DNA of 64,000 bases from Bifidobacteriaceae bacterium (GTDB lineage Bacteria; Actinomycetota; Actinomycetes; Actinomycetales; WQXJ01), in contig JAIRXP010000086.1 in the NCBI GenBank assembly GCA_031268215.1, forward strand, positions 2,747 to 66,746, read 5' to 3'. Made by a program: the position numbers and the translations under genes. Positions 58,101 to 64,000 of this stretch are shown in pieces (position 1 is the stretch's first letter; each line of letters opens with the position of its first letter). Below the pieces are notes generated by a model. That model ran no database searches, had not been told where the DNA came from, and saw only the letters and a list, made by a program, of their open reading frames with translations.

Positions 58101-59225
58101 GGCGACGAGCAGCCAAATGAACCAGTCTCCCTTGAGGTCTGGGTTAGCCAGACTGTTTCCTGCCGCCACCAGCAGGCCGAGCCCGCCAAACACTTCGAGG
58201 ATGGTGCGTTCGACCCGTTCTGAATCGACCCGGCGTCCCAAAGCGGCGATCAAAGCTAGGCCTAGCCAGCCGAAGCCTGACCGGAAGCTCCATCCGCCGG
58301 ACCACTCGCCGGCGATGTCTGGCACGTAGAGCGCGGCCCATGGGGCCAGCAGCAGGCCCACCACTCGCCAGACCCTCGGCGGGGACCAGCTAGCGGCGCC
58401 TCGTCGGGTCGGGATCCGTCCAGCGCCGTACACCGCCGCCGCCAGTAAGAACAGCGACAATCCCCGCCACGTTGGGCCGCTCCAAGAGGATTCGGCCTGC
58501 GTGAAAGCGCTGGCCCAGCTGAGCAGCGCCAGGGCGGCGGCCACGGCGGCCAGCGATTCGCCGGTGGCCGCCATCTGGCGGCGCTTGAGGAAGACCGCAC
58601 CGACCGCTGCCACGATTGTGCTGAAAACGAGGGCCAGCAGCCGCGCCCGCCAATCTAGGTTCGGGATGAAGTAGGCATAGCCCACCGCCGATGCCGCCAT
58701 CAGCGCCGCGCCAACCAGGGCCAGTACCGTAATTGGGGTCCATTGCGTCGGAGGCTTCTGCGGCCCCGGGACCACCAAATAGGAAGAAGCATAGGGCGGC
58801 CGATAGCCCGGGTACTGGGGCGGTACGCCGAAGTTTGGCAGGGCCTGTCGCGCCTGATTGGCCGGCAGGGCGCCCTGGAGGGCGGGGGACGCGTGAGCCG
58901 CCTTGGGAGCGATAGCCGCGGCGACTGGCGGTGCCGTGGCGACCGCCGGTGCCGGCGTGGAGAGACGGGGAGCGGGCGCGCCCACGAGAGCCTGGCCGCT
59001 GTGAATGCCATGAATTAGTGCGGTTCTCTCAGATAGGAGCTGGTGCGCGGCGGTGGACCCGGCCCGTAGCGCGGCATCGGCGGCCCTAGACAGGTCCGCT
59101 AACTGAGCCCCACGCGGACCGGCGACGAGCAGGCCGCAACGTTCGCAGCGGGCCGCCTTCAGCGGGTTTCCGCAATCCGGGCACTTGGACCAATCGGTGA
59201 GGTAAGCGGGAGAATCCGGGGCCAT
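55194..59225 (-). CDS. 1343-aa polytopic membrane protein with N-terminal zinc ribbon; function unknown
   Basis: N-terminal CPDCGNPLKAARCERCG, a Pro/Ala linker, dozens of hydrophobic segments, one acidic/Ser-rich loop and a Pro-rich tail. It may correspond to the SCO7613-type/DUF2339-like family, recalled from memory and not verified. Confidence 0.8.
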   Translation of the reverse strand: MAPDSPAYLTDWSKCPDCGNPLKAARCERCGLLVAGPRGAQLADLSRAADAALRAGSTAAHQLLSERTALIHGIHSGQALVGAPAPRLSTPAPAVATAPPVAAAIAPKAAHASPALQGALPANQARQALPNFGVPPQYPGYRPPYASSYLVVPGPQKPPTQWTPITVLALVGAALMAASAVGYAYFIPNLDWRARLLALVFSTIVAAVGAVFLKRRQMAATGESLAAVAAALALLSWASAFTQAESSWSGPTWRGLSLFLLAAAVYGAGRIPTRRGAASWSPPRVWRVVGLLLAPWAALYVPDIAGEWSGGWSFRSGFGWLGLALIAALGRRVDSERVERTILEVFGGLGLLVAAGNSLANPDLKGDWFIWLLVAVAAVALGQDHKVAWAPVTGASLVFSAISFCTALDWLGSVDYYSDWPSEAQAVGTLGGLATWAMIALIAAFLPARVFAGQNTGRNSGPTSFPTASTLARWLGTLSAGALGAVLTLSLGFLIQASALAFTGAMVLVDSFEPFVAVSLAVPVLAVALTALVRPAPRLRLIGDWSVVPLGIACLAAWASVSPVPPELGFGILVTASLSLSAIAAGAVLSPRPRPRFSRALYLTARPAALALLMPATIMAASNSSLHAVGVFLVPAAVFAVGMSMRPAAWPFLSGAACLPFIILAVPCLDQYGESANPIHILTAWFCLLTAVLAWFRRPQLSSWAVLAGLATGLFAITAADLVFGDRSWTGFAGSLSMAILSLTVALAARRPLPRSVRVIAACLVVFSSALTLVVPLAFSMSGSASPTLFPVIAVVAAAAGAGGVWLRHLALRLPSALETGADAPSASESPSPALSRPKPEASSERNGDRNAIGTALIAAAAVMGFLTVILSIAWPFTHTATVLATAAILAAAAAGVASFRAGTEAAWWYAGAMGCVVLWSALVMGEVGLAEAYTLPPALAAATIGGCLMSRRPALVGLTVPAAWLAVVPPLVLLWTANDPLLRCLELTALGIMALTIAGAFDHLRRALAPVALAPAAGILTLALTVGQLHSSPFPIGFEVFLPLAGHTSLLFGTAVLIGLVAAAAVVGTAQLLARPDGEPRADSRAWSAWMLVALVVAAMTPVFSVDLGTQVEWKTEWPVVAAAWLAMAAVLALALLAARSQARGESTMPPFWAIWLVAVALGIAGWSPRGLRVEVFALPLGIALFAAGLIHSRWLRSIAWSLTPGVAATLGPSTLAVGTDPLTWRAIMVLVLAWAFMIIGALRRWQQPTLVAAGSMILALVLALARQGSISAIPWLTALLAVGGSLLAAAVFFELRSRLNSPGPPTPKSGTPGSGPGVPTSAQPVPAASQSPRDQSPESRA

Positions 59226-59457
59226 GTGGTCAGTCTAAGGCGACGGCGGCGTTCGTGAGTCAGACCTGAGGCGGAAGATTTCGCGCGCCGCGTCATCAAT
59301 TGGCGTGGGTCGCCAGGGCCGTTCCCTATTTGATCAGGTCCGGGTATCGCGGGCCGGGCGGGAGCGGATGGGGCGCCGGGACCGGTAAGCTACTGGTCAG
59401 CTCAAGAAGATTCCTTTAAGGACCCGTCCCGTGAGGCGGGAAAGGAGGGCGGAGAAC

Positions 59458-62400
59458 ATGCCTAAACGTGAGGACCTGAAATCGGTCATGGTGATCGGGT
59501 CTGGACCGATCGTGATCGGCCAAGCCTGTGAATTCGACTACTCGGGCACCCAAGCCTGCCGGATTCTGAAGGAGGAGGGCTTGCGGGTTGTGTTGGTCAA
59601 CTCCAATCCGGCCACCATCATGACGGATCCGGAGTTCGCTGACGCGACGTACATCGAACCAATCGAACTGGCCACGTTGACGGCGATCATTGAGCGTGAA
59701 CGCCCCGACGCGCTGTTGCCGACTCTGGGTGGCCAGACCGCGCTCAACGCCGCCGTTGAACTGGCTGGCGCTGGGGTGCTGGATCGCTACCAAGTCGAAT
59801 TGATTGGCGCCAAGATCGGTTCGATCCAGGCGGGGGAAGACCGCAGAGAATTCAAAGCCGTGGTCGAACGTTGCGGGGCTGAAGTGGCGCGCAGCCGGAT
59901 AGCACACTCGATGAAAGAATGCCTGGCGGCGGCGGGGGAACTGGGGTATCCCCTGGTGGTGCGGCCGTCCTTCACCATGGGCGGGCTCGGCTCGGGAATC
60001 GCCTACGGGCCCAAAGATTTGGAACGGATCGCTGGAGGCGGGCTGAAGTACAGTCCCACGGCGGAGGTGCTGCTGGAAGAATCGATCATCGGCTGGAAAG
60101 AGTTCGAGCTTGAGATCATGCGCGACAGAGCCGACAACGTGGTGGTGGTCTGTTCAATCGAGAACCTCGATCCAATGGGCGTCCACACTGGGGATTCGGT
60201 GACTGTCGCCCCGGCTTTGACGTTGACGGACCGCGAATATCAGCGGCTGCGTGACATTGGGATCGCGGTGATTCGTGAGGTTGGTGTAGATACCGGCGGC
60301 TGCAATATCCAGTTCGCGGTCAACCCTCTAGATGGCCGGGTGATCGTCATCGAAATGAATCCGCGGGTGTCGCGTTCTTCAGCGCTGGCATCGAAGGCGA
60401 CGGGCTTCCCAATCGCTAAGATCGCCGCCCGGCTGGCGATTGGTTACACCCTCGATGAGATCCCTAACGACATCACTGGCTCTACGCCGGCCAGTTTTGA
60501 GCCGGCCATTGACTATATTGTCACTAAGGTGCCGCGGTTCGCTTTTGAGAAGTTCCCGGCGGCGGATGACACTTTGACCACGACCATGAAGTCAGTCGGT
60601 GAGGCGATGGCCATTGGCCGCTGTTTCACTGAGTCCCTGAACAAGGCGATGCGGTCGATCGACAAGAAGGGCACTCGCTTTCACTGGGCTGGCCCACGGC
60701 CGGCCCCGGAGGACCTTGAACGCCTGGTCGCATCGCTTGCCCGCCCTACCGAACACCGGCTGATTGATTTGCAACAGGCCGCCCGGTGGGGAGTCGCCCC
60801 TGAGCGCCTGGCAGCGGTCACGGGAATTGATCCATGGTTCATTGACCAGGTTGTACTGATCAACGCTGTGGCTGGTGAACTAGCCGAGTCCTTCAACCCC
60901 GGCACCTTACGCTTGGCGAAGCGCCATGGCTTTTCTGACATCCAGATTGGCGAAATCCGGAATATCTCTGAGGAGGCGGTCCGCGAAATACGTCACGCTT
61001 TCGGTCTTCGGCCGGTCTACAAAATGGTTGACACGTGCGCTGGCGAGTTCGCCGCTCACACACCATATCTGTATTCCTCTTATGATGAGGAAACCGAAGT
61101 GCGTCCGCGGACGCGTCCGGCTGTGTTAATACTCGGATCTGGGCCTAACCGGATTGGCCAAGGGATCGAGTTCGACTATTCGTGTGTTCACGCCGCCCTA
61201 GCGTTGGGCCAGGATTTCGAGACGGTCATGATCAACTGCAACCCGGAGACGGTTTCTACAGATTACGACATTTCCGGCCGGCTCTATTTTGAGCCGCTGA
61301 CGTTTGAAGACGTAATGGAGATTTACGATGCCGAGTTGGCGGCCGGGCCTGTTGCTGGAGTGATCGTTCAGCTCGGTGGACAGACGCCTTTGAGCTTGTC
61401 CTCCCGCCTGGCCAACGCCGGCCTACCAATGTGGGGGACGCCCCCGGAGGCGATTGACGCGGCGGAGAACAGAGGGCTGTTTGGGCAGGTCTTGGCCAAG
61501 GCGGGCTTGCCCGCACCACACTATGGGACGGCTTTGACTGTGCCGGAGGCGGAGGCGGTGGCGGAGCGGATTGGCTATCCGGTGCTGGTACGGCCCAGTT
61601 ACGTCCTGGGCGGGCGGGGCATGGAGATCGTCTACGACACGGACCATTTGCGGGAGTACATGGTTAAGGCCTTGCCGGAAGGCGGGCGGGCAGACGCGCC
61701 GGTGCTGATTGACCGGTTCCTGGATGACGCCATCGAGATTGATGTTGACGCACTATATGACGGCCAGGAGCTATTCCTGGGCGGCGTCATGGAACACATC
61801 GAGGAGGCTGGAATCCATTCTGGTGACAGCGCCTGCGTCTTGCCTCCGGTGACACTTTCGAGCCGGGATCTGGAACGGATCAGGCAGTCTACTGAGGCCA
61901 TCGCTGAAGGCGTTGGCGTGCGCGGCCTGATCAATATTCAGTTCGCCTTGGTGAGCGACATCCTGTATGTCCTGGAGGCCAATCCTCGGGCGTCGCGGAC
62001 GGTGCCGTTTGTGTCGAAGGCGACCGGTGTGCCATTGGCGAAGGCCGCCTGTTTAATCATGGCTGGAGCTAGCATCGCGGAGTTGAAGGAGTGCGGTGAA
62101 CTGCCGGCTGCTTCGGCTGCCTTGGCGTTGGAAGTGGGCCAGATCGCGGTCAAAGAGGCGGTCTTGCCGTTCGCCCGGTTCCGGACAGCCGAAGGCAAGA
62201 TAGTTGACACTGTGCTGGGGCCAGAGATGCGTTCGACGGGGGAAGTGATGGGCCGCGACGCGCGTTTCCCCACCGCGTTCGCCAAATCTCAGGTGGCCGC
62301 TTACGGCGGATTGCCGCGCCAAGGCAAAGTGTTCGTGTCCGTCGCGGATCGAGACAAGCGGTCCATCTTGTTTCCCATCAAACGCTTAGCGGAATTGGGC

Positions 62401-62721
62401 TTTGAAATCTTGGCCACCGAGGGCACGGCTTCCGTGTTGCGCCGGAATTCAATCGTTTGCCAGGAGGTGCTAAAAGTGTCTGAGGGCGGCGGCCGGCGGA
62501 CGGTGGTTGACCTAATCAACGCTGGTGAAGTGGACATGGTGGTGAACACGCCTTCAGGTGCGGGTTCGCGGGCGGACGGCTATGAAATCCGGGCCGCTAT
62601 TACCGCCATGGACCGGCCAATTGTTACTACTACGCAGCAACTGGCGGCGGCGGTTCAAGCGATTGAGGCGGAGTTGGCTGGCCCGCTGAGTGTGGAGCCG
62701 TTGCAGAGGAGCGGGCGATGA
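59458..62721 (+). CDS. carB: Carbamoyl-phosphate synthase large subunit
   Basis: Start ATG 59458 is preceded by GGAGGG. N-terminus [30 protein letters not shown] with duplicated ATP-grasp halves. Confidence 0.95.
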   Translation: MPKREDLKSVMVIGSGPIVIGQACEFDYSGTQACRILKEEGLRVVLVNSNPATIMTDPEFADATYIEPIELATLTAIIERERPDALLPTLGGQTALNAAVELAGAGVLDRYQVELIGAKIGSIQAGEDRREFKAVVERCGAEVARSRIAHSMKECLAAAGELGYPLVVRPSFTMGGLGSGIAYGPKDLERIAGGGLKYSPTAEVLLEESIIGWKEFELEIMRDRADNVVVVCSIENLDPMGVHTGDSVTVAPALTLTDREYQRLRDIGIAVIREVGVDTGGCNIQFAVNPLDGRVIVIEMNPRVSRSSALASKATGFPIAKIAARLAIGYTLDEIPNDITGSTPASFEPAIDYIVTKVPRFAFEKFPAADDTLTTTMKSVGEAMAIGRCFTESLNKAMRSIDKKGTRFHWAGPRPAPEDLERLVASLARPTEHRLIDLQQAARWGVAPERLAAVTGIDPWFIDQVVLINAVAGELAESFNPGTLRLAKRHGFSDIQIGEIRNISEEAVREIRHAFGLRPVYKMVDTCAGEFAAHTPYLYSSYDEETEVRPRTRPAVLILGSGPNRIGQGIEFDYSCVHAALALGQDFETVMINCNPETVSTDYDISGRLYFEPLTFEDVMEIYDAELAAGPVAGVIVQLGGQTPLSLSSRLANAGLPMWGTPPEAIDAAENRGLFGQVLAKAGLPAPHYGTALTVPEAEAVAERIGYPVLVRPSYVLGGRGMEIVYDTDHLREYMVKALPEGGRADAPVLIDRFLDDAIEIDVDALYDGQELFLGGVMEHIEEAGIHSGDSACVLPPVTLSSRDLERIRQSTEAIAEGVGVRGLINIQFALVSDILYVLEANPRASRTVPFVSKATGVPLAKAACLIMAGASIAELKECGELPAASAALALEVGQIAVKEAVLPFARFRTAEGKIVDTVLGPEMRSTGEVMGRDARFPTAFAKSQVAAYGGLPRQGKVFVSVADRDKRSILFPIKRLAELGFEILATEGTASVLRRNSIVCQEVLKVSEGGGRRTVVDLINAGEVDMVVNTPSGAGSRADGYEIRAAITAMDRPIVTTTQQLAAAVQAIEAELAGPLSVEPLQRSGR

Positions 62722-63620
62722 GCGCCGCTGGGCCACTAGTCCCGCCCGACCCGCCCCCCCAGACGGGACCGGGCCCAGAGCCCTTCGGGCACCGCTTGCA
62801 TGCCCGGATGGCTGCGGGGTCACACTTGTGCGTTGGCATTGATCCCCACCCCGGCTTGCTGGACGCCTGGGGCCTGCCAGACACGCCCAAGGGGCTGGGG
62901 GCGTTTGGGCGCGGCCTGATCGAGGCCGCCAGCCGGGGGGGCGCGGCGGCTGTGAAGCCGCAGTCAGCACTGTTCGAACGGCACGGTTCAGGCGGGATCG
63001 GTGTCTTGGAGGAAGTTCTGGGCTGGGCCCGCCAGGTCGGCCTGCTGACTGTTTTGGATGTCAAGCGGGGAGACATCGGCTCCACCATGCGCGGGTACGC
63101 GGAGGCCTACTTGAAGGACGGCGCGCCGCTCTCAGCCGATTCGATCACCGTCAGCCCGTACCTCGGTTTTGGGTCGCTCAAGCCAGCGATCGACCTGGCT
63201 GAAGAGAACGGCCGGGGGATTTTTGTCCTAGCGTTCACTTCAAATCCTGAGGGCCCCCAAGTCCAGCGAGCGGTCACAGCTGAGGGCCCACAAGTGGGCG
63301 AAGCGATGATTCAGGCGGTCGCTCAGGCCAATGCGGGGGCGGTTCCAATGGGCGACTTGGGGGTCGTCATCGGCGCTACTTTGAAGTCGTTACCGCCTAC
63401 CGGGAGCCGGGTCCTTCCGCAGGTGGGAGGCCCAATTCTGGTGCCGGGCCTGGGAGCGCAAGGCGGGCGGCCGGAAGACCTGACTCGGCTCTTCGGCAAG
63501 GCTCGGCGGCTCGTCCTGGCGACGGCATCGCGCACCATAGCGCGGTCCGGCCCAGACCCCGAAAGCCTGGCCGCGACGGTCCGCGAAAATGTGGAGAATC
63601 TGAGTTTTCTTGAAAACTAA
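62718..63620 (+). CDS. pyrF: Orotidine-5'-phosphate decarboxylase (type 2)
   Basis: ATGA overlap with carB. Motifs LCVGIDPHP and [12 protein letters not shown]. Confidence 0.9.
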   Translation: MSAAGPLVPPDPPPQTGPGPEPFGHRLHARMAAGSHLCVGIDPHPGLLDAWGLPDTPKGLGAFGRGLIEAASRGGAAAVKPQSALFERHGSGGIGVLEEVLGWARQVGLLTVLDVKRGDIGSTMRGYAEAYLKDGAPLSADSITVSPYLGFGSLKPAIDLAEENGRGIFVLAFTSNPEGPQVQRAVTAEGPQVGEAMIQAVAQANAGAVPMGDLGVVIGATLKSLPPTGSRVLPQVGGPILVPGLGAQGGRPEDLTRLFGKARRLVLATASRTIARSGPDPESLAATVRENVENLSFLEN

Positions 63621-63631
63621 GCCGAAAGCCG

Positions 63632-63660
63632 TTGCATTGCTGCAGGTCAGTGGTTAGATT
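63632..63660 (+). promoter_or_regulatory. Strong sigma-A-type promoter for mihF (-35 TTGCAT, 17-nt spacer, -10 TAGATT)
   Basis: Hexamers and spacer counted directly. GGTGGA RBS lies before ATG 63706. Confidence 0.5.
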
Positions 63661-63705
63661 GTGACTGTCCAAACCGAAACACGGCACCGAAGGTGGATTC
63701 AAGGA

Positions 63706-64000
63706 ATGGCTTTACCTCCATTGACCCCGGAACAGAGGGCTGAAGCCCTGAAGAAGGCGGCAGAAGCCCGTCAAGCGAGGGCAGACGTCAAGAACGGACT
63801 GAAAGCAGCCAAACGATCGTTGAGTGAGGTCCTGGCCCTCGGCCAAGACGACGAAGTGATTGGCAAGATCAAGGTGGCGGCACTGCTGGAAGCCTTGCCC
63901 GGCGTGGGCAAGGTGAAGGCTAAGGCCATCATGAGTGAGATAGGCATCTCCGAGTCGCGGCGGATCCGCGGCCTGGGGCCGCACCAAAGGGAGCAGTTGA
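63706..64000 (+). CDS. mihF: Integration host factor MihF (3' end outside window)
   Basis: Not in the ORF track because there is no stop in the window. Hand translation gives MALPPLTPEQRAEALKKAAEARQARADVKNGLK...KIKVAALLEALPGVGKVKAKAIM..., close to mycobacterial mIHF. Conserved position after pyrF. Confidence 0.85.
   Translation, partial: MALPPLTPEQRAEALKKAAEARQARADVKNGLKAAKRSLSEVLALGQDDEVIGKIKVAALLEALPGVGKVKAKAIMSEIGISESRRIRGLGPHQREQL

Noticed and set aside
59226-59457. PyrR-type attenuator or binding loop upstream of carB.
   Set aside because: No ARUCCAGAGAGGYU-like loop is present. There is only a small TCCCG-tgagg-CGGGA hairpin and an 11-bp TCCTT-T-AAGGA palindrome next to the RBS, which is too weak to call.

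Overview
High-GC actinobacterial chromosome segment (mshC, rbpA, whiA and mihF are present), mostly conserved housekeeping genes. In order: (imuA')-imuB-dnaE2 mutagenesis cassette, a sirtuin, an SRPBCC protein, an AI-2E transporter, tRNA-Leu(GAG), a ~7.6 kb decayed integrative element, S4-domain gene/proC, a phosphatase/Nudix/GNAT group, M20 peptidase, uppP, mshC, PAC2, metH, uvrA, an M23 peptidase, uvrC-rapZ-yvcK-whiA, gap-pgk-tpiA-secG, rbpA, rpsD, alaS-ruvX, a SpoU methyltransferase, UPF0114, a P-type Ca-ATPase, a 1343-aa zinc-ribbon polytopic membrane protein, carB-pyrF and mihF. The only clearly accessory region is 7944-15591, next to the tRNA. It holds a frameshifted large serine recombinase, ABC-transporter, relaxase, GNAT and HTH fragments, an AbiEi gene beside a gutted AbiEii, and three intact-looking type II toxin-antitoxin pairs. 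It also carries a duplicated gene 5' module of unknown family. I did not find a convincing complete new multi-gene system. The best leads are the duplicated unknown module with its perfect 18-bp palindrome, the orphan AbiEi, an 11-unit pentanucleotide repeat between the S4 gene and proC, the giant membrane protein, and a perfect CRP-type box. All family calls come from motif recognition by eye; no searches were run.
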